Source of the DNA: Candidatus Altiarchaeales archaeon
GTDB lineage: Archaea > Altiarchaeota > Altiarchaeia > IMC4 > SCGC-AAA252-I15
NCBI GenBank assembly: GCA_014727915.1
Contig: WJMO01000005.1
Span: forward strand, 224,001 to 288,000
Reading direction: 5' to 3'
DNA: 64,000 bases
In this document: piece after piece, positions 1-10,232 of the stretch
Layout of the letters: each line of letters opens with the position of its first letter
How positions within the stretch are numbered: position 1 is the first letter of the stretch
Position numbers and translations under genes: made by a program
The notes under the pieces: generated by a model
What the model was told of the DNA's origin: nothing
Databases searched by the model: none
Seen by the model: the letters and a program-made list of their open reading frames with translations, nothing else

Positions 1-243
1 GCCAGGGAACTGGTGGGGGAGGATGTAATAAGCTTTGATGGTATTAACCTTGGCGAGATAGTTGACGTGGGTATCGGAAAAAGAGATAGAAAACCCTCCC
101 TGATAGTCAAAGGCCCGAGGATATCTGCCATCAGGGGGCGAGATACGGAGGCTATACCCTTTGAGGAGGTTATTGAGATCGGTGATGAAGTTCACATAAA
201 CTTACAGTATGACATGCTAGCAAAATCAGTGAAAGAGAGGTAA
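1..243 (+). CDS. PRC-barrel domain protein (5' truncated by window edge)
   Basis: Frame is open from base 1: ARELVGEDVISFDGINLGEIVDVGI...IPFEEVIEIGDEVHI matches the PRC-barrel pattern. Confidence 0.7.
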   Translation, partial: ARELVGEDVISFDGINLGEIVDVGIGKRDRKPSLIVKGPRISAIRGRDTEAIPFEEVIEIGDEVHINLQYDMLAKSVKER

Positions 244-259
244 TGATTTATCTTTTTAG

Positions 260-529
260 GTGTTTACTATGGTGGATTGTGAGAGTTGTGGGATGCCCAT
301 GGAGAAGCTGGGGGATTTCGGCGGCGGCAAGATGGAAAACCGTTTTTGCGTGCACTGCTGCGACGGTGAAGGGAATTTGAAGAGCAGAGAGGAGGTAAGG
401 AGCGGCATGGCCCGTTTCATGATGTCTCCCGAAGGTGAGACGATGCTCGGCCGAAAGATAGAATCCATCGAAGAAGCCGAGAAGCTTGCCGAAGCCCACA
501 TGAGCAACATGCCAGCCTGGAAAGACTGA
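260..529 (+). CDS. Small zinc-ribbon protein (Zn_ribbon_2-like, as fused to some AraC regulators)
   Basis: CESCGMPM...NRFCVHC pair of CxxC motifs; C-terminal MPAWK. Confidence 0.7.
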   Translation: MFTMVDCESCGMPMEKLGDFGGGKMENRFCVHCCDGEGNLKSREEVRSGMARFMMSPEGETMLGRKIESIEEAEKLAEAHMSNMPAWKD

Positions 530-649
530 ACCTCCCAAACTATTACTATATTTTTTTAAATAATATATAAAAAAACACAAATAATATATAAATTGTACTT
601 ATATGTCTATTTTTGAATTTTTATAGTCGTTTTCCTTATATTTTGGGTA

Positions 650-2038
650 ATGGATGTTAGTCAGACTTTCATGAAGGCGGGGGAGTTGGACCCTGAGGTG
701 GTTTACTTGAGCCTTAGGGGGGAGAACACCTATCTTTTGGAGAGTATCGAGGGCAGTGAGAAGATGGCCCGCTACAGTTTCATCGGGTTCAACCCTGCGG
801 CGAAGATAACGGTCAAGGACGGGCACGTGGACTTCAAGGCGTTCAACGGGGACTTCACCGGCAGGCCCGTCGGGGATGACCCGTTGACTGCGATTAAGAG
901 CCTGGTGGAAGATCACTCCCAGCGGGGACCGTCCCTCGCACGGTTCGGCGGCGGGTTCGTCGGATACCTCGGCTACGATGCCATAAGATACTACGTTGAA
1001 TTGGAAGACAGCCCCGACGTGTTGAACCAGCCGGACGCGGAGTTCTTCCTAACCAGGAACAACATCATATTCGACCACGTGAAGAAAGAGACCTACTTCG
1101 TGGAGAACCATTTCATGCCAAGCCATGAGATCGACGTGGAAGAGTCGCTGCGTGAACTGGAGTCCATTGCATTCGCGATAAGTGAGGCCGACTTGGACGA
1201 GAACGTCAGCAGCAACGGGTTCGAGAGCAACACGACAAAGCACGAGTACGAGGAATCCGTGCGGGCGGTGAAAAAATACGTCTACGACGGGGACATATTC
1301 CAGGCTGTCATATCCCAGCGGCTCATGACAGACTATGCCGGCGACAAGTTCAACGCATACCTCAGATTGAAGGACATCAATCCCAGCCCGTACATGTACT
1401 ACCTGGACTTCGGCGACCGGAAGATTGTGGGCAGCTCCCCTGAGACGCTCGCCCGCGTGGAAGGCCATGTTGTATCCACTTATCCGATAGCCGGGACCAG
1501 GCGGAGGGGCAGGACCGGAGAAGACGACAGGCACATGGAGGAGGACATGTTGGCCGACCCCAAGGAGCGGGCCGAGCATGTGATGCTCGTCGACCTAGGC
1601 CGGAACGACGTGGGTAAAGTATCAGAGTATGGCTCTGTTAACGTGACCAAGTTCATGGAAGTGGAACGGTACAGCCATGTGATGCACATGTCGTCTGAGG
1701 TGACCGGTAAGCTGAGACTGGACCTGTCCGAGTATGATGCGTTGCAGAGCATCTTCCCGGCGGGCACGGTGTCGGGGGCGCCGAAGGTGCGGGCCATGGA
1801 GATAATCAACGAGCTTGAACCCGACCGGCGGGGCGTCTACGCCGGCTGTGTGGGCTATTTCAGCTTCAACCGCACGTTGGACACGGCCATCGCCATACGC
1901 ACGGTCATCTTTGAAAAGGACAGGGCGTATGTTCAGGCTGGGGCTGGTATTGTGGCGGACAGCCAGCCGGAGCTCGAATACAAGGAGACGATGAACAAGG
2001 GCAGGGCGTTGTTGAAGGCTTTGGGGGTGGAAGGTTGA
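650..2038 (+). CDS. trpE: Anthranilate synthase component I
   Basis: YLLES, ARYSFIG, NPSPYMYY, PIAGTR, EHVMLVDLGRND, PAGTVSGAPK, QAGAGIVADS motifs; first gene of the trp operon. Confidence 0.96.
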   Translation: MDVSQTFMKAGELDPEVVYLSLRGENTYLLESIEGSEKMARYSFIGFNPAAKITVKDGHVDFKAFNGDFTGRPVGDDPLTAIKSLVEDHSQRGPSLARFGGGFVGYLGYDAIRYYVELEDSPDVLNQPDAEFFLTRNNIIFDHVKKETYFVENHFMPSHEIDVEESLRELESIAFAISEADLDENVSSNGFESNTTKHEYEESVRAVKKYVYDGDIFQAVISQRLMTDYAGDKFNAYLRLKDINPSPYMYYLDFGDRKIVGSSPETLARVEGHVVSTYPIAGTRRRGRTGEDDRHMEEDMLADPKERAEHVMLVDLGRNDVGKVSEYGSVNVTKFMEVERYSHVMHMSSEVTGKLRLDLSEYDALQSIFPAGTVSGAPKVRAMEIINELEPDRRGVYAGCVGYFSFNRTLDTAIAIRTVIFEKDRAYVQAGAGIVADSQPELEYKETMNKGRALLKALGVEG

Positions 2039-2160
2039 CTTTGTTTGATTCTTGTGAAGTGCGTGCCGTCGAAGACGGCACTCGCTGCGCGTGTGCACGG
2101 AGCGAGCCGTGCATGAACAAGGGCAGGGCGTTGTTGAAGGCTTTGGGGGTGGAAGGTTGA
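1991..2160. repeat. Perfect 48-bp direct repeat (1991-2038 and 2113-2160) flanking a 74-bp hairpin-rich insert
   Basis: ATGAACAAGGGCAGGGCGTTGTTGAAGGCTTTGGGGGTGGAAGGTTGA occurs twice; the insert contains GTGCCGTC-GAA-GACGGCAC and GCACGG-AGCGAG-CCGTGC. Confidence 0.95.
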
Positions 2161-2735
2161 GGACGTTGGTTGTTGATAACATCGACTCGTTCGTGTATAT
2201 TCTATTCCAGTATGTGGGGGAGTTGGGAGGGGATCCTCTGGTGGTGGATAATCGCACTGGTAGGGAGGAGGTTGACAGGCTCATGTCCGAGGAGGATATC
2301 GGGCGTATCATCATCAGTCCGGGGCCCAAGAGGCCGGAGGACGCTGGAATATCCAATTATGTGATCACAAAATACGGGGTTGAAGTTCCTCTGCTTGGTG
2401 TGTGCCTGGGCCACCAGTGCATCGGCCACTGCTTCGGGGCGGAGGTCAGGAACGCGAAGACGCTGATGCACGGGAAGACCAGCAGGATAGAGCATGACGG
2501 GTCTGGGGTCCTGGTGGGGATGCCAAACCCATTCGAGGCCACACGATACCATTCCCTCGTCGTCGACAACCTGCCTGAAGAGCTCATAAAGACCGCGGCC
2601 AGCTTGGATGACGGGGAGGTGATGGCGTTGAAGCACAGGGACTACCCAATCTATGGGGTGCAGTTCCACCCCGAGTCGATACTCACAAGCGACGGTAAAA
2701 GGATCATTGAGAACTTCCTGGGTGATGGTTTATGA
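2157..2735 (+). CDS. trpG: Anthranilate synthase component II (glutamine amidotransferase); probable TTG start at 2157
   Basis: VVDNIDSF, ISPGPKRP, LGVCLGHQ, MHGKTS, RYHSL, GVQFHPES. Confidence 0.95.
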   Translation: MRTLVVDNIDSFVYILFQYVGELGGDPLVVDNRTGREEVDRLMSEEDIGRIIISPGPKRPEDAGISNYVITKYGVEVPLLGVCLGHQCIGHCFGAEVRNAKTLMHGKTSRIEHDGSGVLVGMPNPFEATRYHSLVVDNLPEELIKTAASLDDGEVMALKHRDYPIYGVQFHPESILTSDGKRIIENFLGDGL

Positions 2736-3739
2736 AGGAGTTGATAAGCAAACTGAGGGATAAGCGGGACTTGACCGCCGACGAGGCCGGGTCCGCGATG
2801 AAGAAGATGATGTGCGGGGACGCGTCTGAGGATGAGATGCGCGAGTTCCTCCTGGCCTTGAAGGAGAAGGGGGAGTCCCCGGTTGAGATAGCCTCGCTGG
2901 CCAAGGTGATGCGCGAGTACTCGACGAAAGTTTCTCCTGAAGTCGGGGGAACTTTGGTTGACATGTGCGGTACCGGAGGGGACGGCAGCCACACCTTCAA
3001 CATATCGACTGCTGCAATGTTCGTGGTTGCCGGCGACGGTGTGCCGGTGGCCAAGCACGGGAACCGGAGCATCACCTCCAAGAGCGGGAGCGCCGACGTC
3101 CTGGAAGCGTTGGGCGCCAACATACAACTGCCGCCCGAAAGAATAAAGTCATCAATCGAGGAGGTGGGTGTGGGGTTCATGTTCGCCCCCGCCCACCATC
3201 CTGCGATGAAGCATGTGATGCCCGTACGGAAGAAGCTTGGCGTGCGGACGGTTTTCAACATACTGGGTCCGTTGACGAACCCTGCCAACGCGGACGCCCA
3301 GCTGATGGGCGTGTTCGACCCTGAGCTCACGGAGACGCTGGCTGAAGTCTTCAAAATCCTCGGTTTGAAGAGGGCGCTGGTCGTCCACGGCGAGCCCGGA
3401 TTGGACGAGCTCTCCACCTTCGGCAAGTCCAGGGTCAGCGAGCTAAAAGACAGGAAGGTCAGGACCTACGAGGTCGACCCGTCAGAGTATGGCTTTAGCG
3501 GCTCACAGCTGTCTGTGGGGTGCACTGCGGAGGAGAACGCCCGGCTGATACGCGGGATACTAGAGGGGAAGGTCGAGGGTGGTGACAGGGACATAGTATT
3601 GCTGAACGCGGCAGGAGGTCTCATGGTCGCTGGGGTGGCCGACGATCTCAAGGAGGGGCTGAAGATGGCGTCGTCGACGGTCGACTCGGGCAGGGCATCA
3701 AATAAATTGGTGGAGTTCATAGAGTATACGAACAGGTGA
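2732..3739 (+). CDS. trpD: Anthranilate phosphoribosyltransferase
   Basis: DMCGTGGDG, NISTA, KHGNRSITSKSGSAD, RTVFNILGPLTNP. Confidence 0.97.
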   Translation: MKELISKLRDKRDLTADEAGSAMKKMMCGDASEDEMREFLLALKEKGESPVEIASLAKVMREYSTKVSPEVGGTLVDMCGTGGDGSHTFNISTAAMFVVAGDGVPVAKHGNRSITSKSGSADVLEALGANIQLPPERIKSSIEEVGVGFMFAPAHHPAMKHVMPVRKKLGVRTVFNILGPLTNPANADAQLMGVFDPELTETLAEVFKILGLKRALVVHGEPGLDELSTFGKSRVSELKDRKVRTYEVDPSEYGFSGSQLSVGCTAEENARLIRGILEGKVEGGDRDIVLLNAAGGLMVAGVADDLKEGLKMASSTVDSGRASNKLVEFIEYTNR

Positions 3740-4455
3740 AGATGTCATTCTTGGACGATATAGTCGGGGAGAAGAGGGTCGAGCTGGAGCGTAAGAGGCG
3801 CAGCCTCGTTGATGCGGTAGCGAAAAGGGGGGTTTCGGTTATTGCGGAGGTGAAGCGTCGAAGCCCTTCAGATGGGGAGTTGAACCTCGTGGACTCCGTT
3901 GGTACAGCGGTTACCTACGAGAGCAGCGGAGCATCTGCAATATCAGTCCTGACCGATGAGAAGCACTTCGGCGGAACCTTGAACGACTTGAAGGCCGTCA
4001 AGGCCGCGGTTGACATACCTGTGCTGCGCAAGGACTTCATCGTGGACGAGCTACAACTGTATGAGTCCCTTGTCTACCGGGCTGACGCAGTGCTTTTGAT
4101 CGCCGCAATATTGAAGGAGGAGACGCCAGTGTTCGTTGAAAAGGCGCGGTTGCTCGGTTTGGACTGCCTGGTAGAGGTCCACGACGAAGATGACCTAAAG
4201 TATGCGCTCTCTTCCAAGGCCAAGCTTATCGGGGTGAACAACAGGAACCTGGAGACGTTCGAGGTTGACCTGGCTGTCACTGAGAACCTCGCGCCCATGA
4301 TCCCCAAGGACCGTCTGATAGTCGCGGAGAGTGGAGTCCACACACGGGAGGATGTCCTGCGTATGAAGGAGGCTGGCGCGGACGCTATCCTGGTCGGCAC
4401 GTCGCTGATGAGGTCGGGGGACCTGGAGTCGAAGATGAGGGAGCTGCTGCAATGA
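3736..4455 (+). CDS. trpC: Indole-3-glycerol phosphate synthase
   Basis: IAEVKRRSPS, ISVLTD, LRKDF, LVEVH, GVNNRNL, AESG. Confidence 0.97.
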   Translation: MKMSFLDDIVGEKRVELERKRRSLVDAVAKRGVSVIAEVKRRSPSDGELNLVDSVGTAVTYESSGASAISVLTDEKHFGGTLNDLKAVKAAVDIPVLRKDFIVDELQLYESLVYRADAVLLIAAILKEETPVFVEKARLLGLDCLVEVHDEDDLKYALSSKAKLIGVNNRNLETFEVDLAVTENLAPMIPKDRLIVAESGVHTREDVLRMKEAGADAILVGTSLMRSGDLESKMRELLQ

Positions 4456-5093
4456 AGGTCAAAGTGTGCGGAGTCACCAACGCGGAGGATGCGCGGATGG
4501 TGTTGGAAGAGGGAGCGGACGCGTTGGGCGTGATAGTGGACGTTCCAGTGGGGACTCCCCGTAAGATAACCTTGGAAACAGCGGTCGATATACGGGATTC
4601 AATAAGTGGCATGAATCATACGCTGATCGCCGTGCTGATGCCAGAGTCCGCTGATGAGGTCGTGAACGTGGTTGAACGATTGGCTCCTGAGGGAATACAA
4701 TTGCATGGCATGGAGTCTCCGGAACTCGTCGCAGATATCCGCGGGAAGGTGGGGTGCACATTAATCAAGGCAATACACGTGGATGAATCCATTGACCTGG
4801 AATATGTAAAACGGGTTTCGGAACATGCTGATGTCATCCTATTGGATACCAAGGTGGGTGACGCAGTCGGCGGCACAGGTGAACAGCACGATTACTCCAT
4901 AGACAATCAGGTCAAGCGGATAACGGGCAATCCCATCATGCTATCCGGCGGATTGAACGCCGAGAACGTTGTGGCAGCGGTCGAACGGGTCAAACCATAC
5001 GCTGTTGACGTCTCCAGCGGCGTGGAGTCGGAGCCGGGCCGCAAAGACCCGGTTAAGGTTCGTAAATTCATAGAGGTGACGGCATGCCTGTAG
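4452..5093 (+). CDS. trpF: Phosphoribosylanthranilate isomerase
   Basis: [27 protein letters not shown]. Confidence 0.96.
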   Translation: MKVKVCGVTNAEDARMVLEEGADALGVIVDVPVGTPRKITLETAVDIRDSISGMNHTLIAVLMPESADEVVNVVERLAPEGIQLHGMESPELVADIRGKVGCTLIKAIHVDESIDLEYVKRVSEHADVILLDTKVGDAVGGTGEQHDYSIDNQVKRITGNPIMLSGGLNAENVVAAVERVKPYAVDVSSGVESEPGRKDPVKVRKFIEVTACL

Positions 5094-6256
5094 GCAAATT
5101 CGGACAGTATGGGGGCCAGTTCGTTCCCGAGACTCTTATGCCTGCATTGGAGGAGCTGGAGAAAGCCTACAAAAAGCACATGAAAGACAAAGGCTTCAAA
5201 AATGATTTGGCTCATCTGCTATCGGATTTCGCCGGCAGGCCCACGCCACTATACCTGGCCGGGAACCTTTCAGACGAGTATGGTGTCAGGATATATCTGA
5301 AGAGGGAGGACCTGGTCCACGGCGGCGCCCACAAGCTCAACAACACCCTCGGCCAGGTGCTTTTGGCCCAGAGGATGGGAAAGCCCCGCGTAATCGCGGA
5401 GACGGGCGCGGGACAGCATGGGGTGGCGACCGCAATATCATGCGCTGCCCTGGGCCTCGACTGCGAGGTCCACATGGGCACGGAGGACATGGAACGGCAG
5501 AAGCTCAACGTGTTCCGTATGGGGCTGTTGGGTGCTAGGGTGATCCCCGCGACGTCAGGCTCCTGCACTTTGAAGGACGCGACCAACGAGGCATTGCGTG
5601 ATTGGTTGGCCAACGTGGAAGAAACCTACTACTGCATCGGCAGCGTAGTCGGACCCCATCCCTACCCCACGATTGTCAGGGACTTCCAGAGGGTGATCGG
5701 ACGGGAGACGCGCAGGCAGGTATTGAAGCTGGAAGGCAGGCTTCCTGACGCGATAGTTGCATGCGTTGGCGGAGGCTCGAACGCATTGGGCTCTTTCACC
5801 GACTTCATAAAAGACGGGGGTGTCCGGTTGGTTGGTGTCGAGGCCGGCGGCAAGGGAGTCAACACAAGAGACCATGGCGCAACATTGGGCAAAGGCTCTG
5901 ATGGTGTGTTCCATGGCATGCATACCAAGCTACTGCAGGATAGATACGGTCAGATACAGACGTCTTACAGCATATCAGCCGGCTTGGACTATCCCGGTGT
6001 CGGCCCTCAGCTTTCGGATCTCGCGGCTTCCGGCAGGCTTGAAACCGCACATGCGACGGACAGGCAGGCGATAGAGGCGGTGAAGGTCTTGTGCGAGAAG
6101 GAGGGTATTCTGCCTGCTTTGGAGAGCGCCCATGCAGTCTCCCATGCTCTGAAGATGGCAGGGGAGATGAAGGAAGGCGTTATAGTTATAACCGTCTCCG
6201 GGAGGGGGGACAAGGACGTCCACACCATAGCAGATGCCCTGGGGGTGGAATTATGA
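5084..6256 (+). CDS. trpB: Tryptophan synthase beta chain (TrpB1 type)
   Basis: [58 protein letters not shown]. Confidence 0.98.
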   Translation: MPVGKFGQYGGQFVPETLMPALEELEKAYKKHMKDKGFKNDLAHLLSDFAGRPTPLYLAGNLSDEYGVRIYLKREDLVHGGAHKLNNTLGQVLLAQRMGKPRVIAETGAGQHGVATAISCAALGLDCEVHMGTEDMERQKLNVFRMGLLGARVIPATSGSCTLKDATNEALRDWLANVEETYYCIGSVVGPHPYPTIVRDFQRVIGRETRRQVLKLEGRLPDAIVACVGGGSNALGSFTDFIKDGGVRLVGVEAGGKGVNTRDHGATLGKGSDGVFHGMHTKLLQDRYGQIQTSYSISAGLDYPGVGPQLSDLAASGRLETAHATDRQAIEAVKVLCEKEGILPALESAHAVSHALKMAGEMKEGVIVITVSGRGDKDVHTIADALGVEL

Positions 6257-7011
6257 GATTGGAAGACGCACTGTCCGGCGGTGGCAAGCTGGTTGCATTC
6301 ATCGTCGGCGGAGACCCGAGCATTGAAGACTCTTTCAACATCGCATGTGATGTTATCGAAGCCGGCGCCGATGTCCTGGAGATAGGGTTGCCTTTCAGCG
6401 ACCCCCTCGCCGACGGTCCTACGATCCAGGCCGCGGGTCAGAGGGCGTTGGAGGCCGGCATGAACACGGACAAGTACTTCAACCTCGTGAAGAGGGTGGA
6501 TGGGAGATATGACACGCCTCTGGTGTGCCTGACATACTATAACATCTGCCTCCAGTATGGGCTGGCCAGGTTCGCAGTGAAATGCGCCGAGTCAGGGATT
6601 GATGGTGTGATAGTCCCTGACCTGCCCGTCGAGGAGGCGGGTCCGTTCCTCAAAGAGCTGCAGGGGAACAATGTGGACTTCATATTCCTCGTGTCGGAGA
6701 CGACAACCGACGACAGGCTCGAGAAGATAGTCAAGAAGGCGTCAGGTTTCATATACGTGGTATCACTGTTAGGCACTACAGGCGCGCGGAAAGAGGTCAA
6801 CCCCAGACTAAAGGGGCTGATATCACGCATAAGAAAACAAACCAGCCTCCCATTGGCGGTGGGGTTTGGCATCAGCCAACCGGAGCATGTGAGGCGGGTG
6901 TTGGACATGGGCGCCGACGCGGCAATAGTTGGTTCTGCGATAGTCAAGAGAATCGAGAAGGGAGAAGACGCCAGATCCTACGTGAAAAAGCTGAAGAAAG
7001 CATCAGAATAG
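6253..7011 (+). CDS. trpA: Tryptophan synthase alpha chain (ATG overlaps trpB stop)
   Basis: [42 protein letters not shown]. Confidence 0.97.
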   Translation: MRLEDALSGGGKLVAFIVGGDPSIEDSFNIACDVIEAGADVLEIGLPFSDPLADGPTIQAAGQRALEAGMNTDKYFNLVKRVDGRYDTPLVCLTYYNICLQYGLARFAVKCAESGIDGVIVPDLPVEEAGPFLKELQGNNVDFIFLVSETTTDDRLEKIVKKASGFIYVVSLLGTTGARKEVNPRLKGLISRIRKQTSLPLAVGFGISQPEHVRRVLDMGADAAIVGSAIVKRIEKGEDARSYVKKLKKASE

Positions 7012-7070
7012 CATTTTTTTGCTTTTTAATTGTTTGTTCGAATTATTTGGTATTTTCATGGTGGTTGAGA

Positions 7071-8435
7071 ATGGATGATGTTAAGTTTGTTCTGGACGAG
7101 AATGAGTTGCCTAAGAAATGGTATAATGTGAACGCTGATCTGCCCAAGCCATTGGACCCTCCGCTTCACCCGATGACGTTGGAGCCCCTGGGTCCGGAGG
7201 ACCTGGCTCCACTGTTCCCGATGGAGTGCATAAAGCAGGAGATGAGCCCTGAAAGGTACATTGACATACCCGGCGAGGTCAGGGACGTGCTGCGTCTCTG
7301 GAGGCCCAGCCCGCTGTACAGGGCCAGGAGGCTTGAGAAGCTGTTGAAGACGCCCGCTAAGATATACTACAAGTGGGAGGGAGTGTCCCCTCCGGGTTCG
7401 CATAAGCCCAACACCGCAGTAGCCCAGGCATACTACAACATGAAAGAGGGCATCGAGCGGATTTCCACGGAGACGGGCGCGGGCCAGTGGGGCAGCTCGC
7501 TCGCCTTCGCGACCAAATTGTTCGAGCTTGAGTGCATGGTGTACATGGTCAAGTGCAGCTACGAGCAGAAGCCCTACCGGAGGATAATGATGGAGGCCTG
7601 GGGCGCTAAGGTCGTTCCCAGCCCCAGCGAGCTGACCGACGCAGGCAAAGCAATATTGAAGAAGGACTCCAAGTGTCCCGGCAGCCTGGGCATCGCCATC
7701 AGCGAGGCGGTCAACGACGCCATGGCCAAGGAGAACACACACTACAGCCTTGGGAGCGTGTTGAACCACGTGTGCATCCACCAGTCGGTTGTCGGTTTGG
7801 AGGCTAAGAAGCAGCTTGAGATGGCAGGCGAGGAAAAGGCAGACATAGTGGTAGGCTGCGTCGGCGGGGGAAGCAACTTCGCAGGTCTCGCGTTCCCCTA
7901 CGTCCACGACAAGGTCAACGGCGCGGACATAGACATAGTCGCTGTCGAGCCCATGGCCTGCCCGACATTGACCAAAGGAACATATGCTTACGACTACGGG
8001 GACACCGCCAAGATGGCGCCGATAGTGAAGATGTACACGTTGGGCCACGACTTCGTCCCGGAGCCCATCCACGCCGGAGGCCTCAGATACCATGGGGACA
8101 GCCCACAACTGTCGCTGCTGGTGAGCGAAGGCGTGATAAGGGCCGAAGCCTACCATCAGATCGAGTGCTTCGACGCTGCGAAGATGTTCGCCGAAACCGA
8201 GGGCTTCCTTGTGGCGCCCGAAACCAGCCACGCGGTCAAAGGCGCGATCGAGGCGGCTTTGAAGTGCAAGGAGTCAGGGGAGGAGAGGGTCATAGTCTTC
8301 AACAACAGCGGCCACGGACACTTCGACCTCGCAGCATATGACGCATACCATCAGGGCAAGCTCGTCGACTACGAGTACCCTGCGGAGCTGATAAAGCAGA
8401 GCCTGAAAAACCTGCCGGACGTCGGGGGGAATTAA
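7071..8435 (+). CDS. trpB2: TrpB2-type tryptophan synthase beta-like PLP enzyme
   Basis: [64 protein letters not shown]. Confidence 0.93.
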   Translation: MDDVKFVLDENELPKKWYNVNADLPKPLDPPLHPMTLEPLGPEDLAPLFPMECIKQEMSPERYIDIPGEVRDVLRLWRPSPLYRARRLEKLLKTPAKIYYKWEGVSPPGSHKPNTAVAQAYYNMKEGIERISTETGAGQWGSSLAFATKLFELECMVYMVKCSYEQKPYRRIMMEAWGAKVVPSPSELTDAGKAILKKDSKCPGSLGIAISEAVNDAMAKENTHYSLGSVLNHVCIHQSVVGLEAKKQLEMAGEEKADIVVGCVGGGSNFAGLAFPYVHDKVNGADIDIVAVEPMACPTLTKGTYAYDYGDTAKMAPIVKMYTLGHDFVPEPIHAGGLRYHGDSPQLSLLVSEGVIRAEAYHQIECFDAAKMFAETEGFLVAPETSHAVKGAIEAALKCKESGEERVIVFNNSGHGHFDLAAYDAYHQGKLVDYEYPAELIKQSLKNLPDVGGN

Positions 8436-8507
8436 CCCCCTTCCGCCCATATTTTTCCTCTGCTCTACCACGGAACGCTTTATATCGTGTTCGAATCCTT
8501 TAGTGTA

Positions 8508-8605
8508 GCTTGTGACTTTGGGGGCTGCTTGTGTTCCCCTGATGACGTGAAACGCATTGAAGGAGGCGCTGTGTCATCAGGGGCCGGCAGCAATTAAACC
8601 GGTAT
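8508..8605 (+). ncRNA. Candidate structured small RNA (unknown class)
   Basis: Perfect 11-bp stem CCCCTGATGAC (8536-8546)/GTCATCAGGGG (8573-8583), outer GCTGC/GCAGC stem, upstream TATA-like TTTATAT (8479-8485), T-rich tract downstream; boundaries are estimates. Confidence 0.4.
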
Positions 8606-8681
8606 TTTATAACTTATTTTGAAAAAAACCCGGATAATCTATAAAAAACCCTTTTTATCCTGTTCGTCCCTAGTGTATTCT

Positions 8682-9791
8682 GTGAAAGTCGGCTTTCTCG
8701 TGAATCCGGTCGCTGGCATGGGTGGCAGGGTGGGTTTGAAGGGCACGGATGGCTTAGTTGAGGAGGCGTTAAATAGGGGTGCGCTGCCAGTTGCGCCGGC
8801 TCGCGCAGGGGAGTGCATCAACGTGCTGAAAGCGGGCAGGGACCGCCTGGAGATCCTCACATGCTCGGGCGAAATGGGCGAAGACCTATTGGACGGTTTT
8901 GATTTCGACGTCGTATATGAATGTGGCGGTGATACCACATCCGATGACACTGTGAAGGCCTGCAGTGTCCTCATCGGCTCGGGTGTCGGACTGATATTAT
9001 TCTGCGGCGGTGACGGGACGGCAAGAGACGTCTTCGAGGCTGTGGGAGACTCTGTCCCTGTGCTTGGCATACCCTCGGGTGTTAAGATGCACTCGTCGGT
9101 CTTCGCCGTAAACCCTGTTGCGGCAGGCGAGCTGGTCCTCGACTTCGTGAACGGGGATGCTGGCTTGCACGAGGCCGAGGTGGTTGACGTGGACGAGGAA
9201 GCCTACCGGGAGAACGAGCTGAAGACGAGACTATATGGCTTGATGTATACTCCGTACAGGCAGGACCTGGTCCAGGCATCCAAGGCAGTCTATCATGCTG
9301 TTGACGACGAGCAGGCTAAGAGGGAAATAGCCGAGTTTGCGGCGGAGTTCATGGGTGACGGTTCGGCATACATAGTGGGCGCGGGTTCAACTACTAAGGC
9401 AATTGGGGACCGGCTGGGAGTCGACAAGACCCTATTGGGGGTTGATGTCCTTAAGGACGGGGAGATGGTGTTCAAGGATGCTGGCGAGAAGGACCTGCTA
9501 ACTGCTTTGGAGGGGGAAGATACGGCGAAGATAATCGTCTCTCCCATTGGAGCCCAGGGTTTCGTATTCGGCAGGGGAACCCAGCAGATAAGCCCTGAGG
9601 TTATCCGCAGGGTCGGTGTGGATAACATAATCTACGTTTCAACGCAGCATAAGCTGAATGCGGTTCCCCATCTCCTGGTGGACTCCGGTGATATGGGTTT
9701 GGACTCGGAGATTGCCGGCTACCGGAGCGTTGTCATAGGTTATCGGCTTTCTCAGCGCAAGGATATCAGAGCAGTCGCCGGAGGAAGCTGA
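8682..9791 (+). CDS. ATP-NAD kinase-like protein (COG3199 type)
   Basis: FLVNPVAGMGGRVGLKGTDG, GGDGTARD, GIPSGVKMHS, TLLGVD, QGFVFGRGTQQIS. Confidence 0.88.
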   Translation: MKVGFLVNPVAGMGGRVGLKGTDGLVEEALNRGALPVAPARAGECINVLKAGRDRLEILTCSGEMGEDLLDGFDFDVVYECGGDTTSDDTVKACSVLIGSGVGLILFCGGDGTARDVFEAVGDSVPVLGIPSGVKMHSSVFAVNPVAAGELVLDFVNGDAGLHEAEVVDVDEEAYRENELKTRLYGLMYTPYRQDLVQASKAVYHAVDDEQAKREIAEFAAEFMGDGSAYIVGAGSTTKAIGDRLGVDKTLLGVDVLKDGEMVFKDAGEKDLLTALEGEDTAKIIVSPIGAQGFVFGRGTQQISPEVIRRVGVDNIIYVSTQHKLNAVPHLLVDSGDMGLDSEIAGYRSVVIGYRLSQRKDIRAVAGGS

Positions 9792-10188
9792 CTATGGCTT
9801 CCCATGCCCTGTTGCCGGGTTCTGGAGCGGTTGTGAAGCCTACCATGGCCGGTTCTGCCCGTGTGGTTGTGGTGTGTGTCGTGTAAGCGGTCTTTGATAT
9901 GTTCCTGTAGACTATCCTGGCATATGGCAGGGTCGAGGATGTTGTCTTCTGGTCCTGGTAGAATGCGGATGCGGATCCGACCACCATTGGAACGCCCTCT
10001 GCAAACTGGCTGCCGATTTCATCCTCGTCTCCGCGGGTCTCCCGGCCTTGATGGAGGTCTGTCCCGTCGTCTCCAGCCTGCTCTTCGTCGTATGGCACGT
10101 AGACTTTCATCATGACTTCGGCTCCGGCGGCAAAGATGGAGAGGCATAGCAGTAAACATGTCAGAATAAATGCCTTCCTTACGGTCAT
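9766..10188 (-). CDS. Hypothetical secreted protein with Thr-rich segments
   Basis: Signal peptide-like N-terminus (AFILTCLLLCLSIFAAGA); T-rich stretch; C-terminal WEAIVSFLRRLL. Confidence 0.6.
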   Translation of the reverse strand: MTVRKAFILTCLLLCLSIFAAGAEVMMKVYVPYDEEQAGDDGTDLHQGRETRGDEDEIGSQFAEGVPMVVGSASAFYQDQKTTSSTLPYARIVYRNISKTAYTTHTTTTRAEPAMVGFTTAPEPGNRAWEAIVSFLRRLL

Positions 10189-10232
10189 GTTTAACTAGAA
10201 GCATGATTTCTTTAAATAATTCCAAATAGTAT

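Noticed and set aside
2091-2156. N-terminal extension of TrpG from the ORF track
   Set aside because: It is an artefact of the duplicated segment; homology begins at TTG 2157.
6236-6256. TrpE and TrpB both end in ALGVE (TGGGGGTGGAA)
   Set aside because: Explained by embedded Shine-Dalgarno sites for the coupled downstream genes.
7056-8231. Long antisense ORFs (also 27317..28489, 51400..52443, 22863..23807 and others)
   Set aside because: These are shadow frames of well-supported genes in GC3-rich coding DNA, with no protein-like motifs.
8489-8498. GTTCGAATCC resembling a tRNA T-loop
   Set aside because: The flanks cannot form a T-stem, acceptor stem or cloverleaf.
8539-8553. CTGATGA...GAAA hammerhead-ribozyme-like core or C/D box
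   Set aside because: Only 3 nt separate the motifs (no stem II), CTGATGA is sequestered in a perfect stem, and there is no terminal D box.
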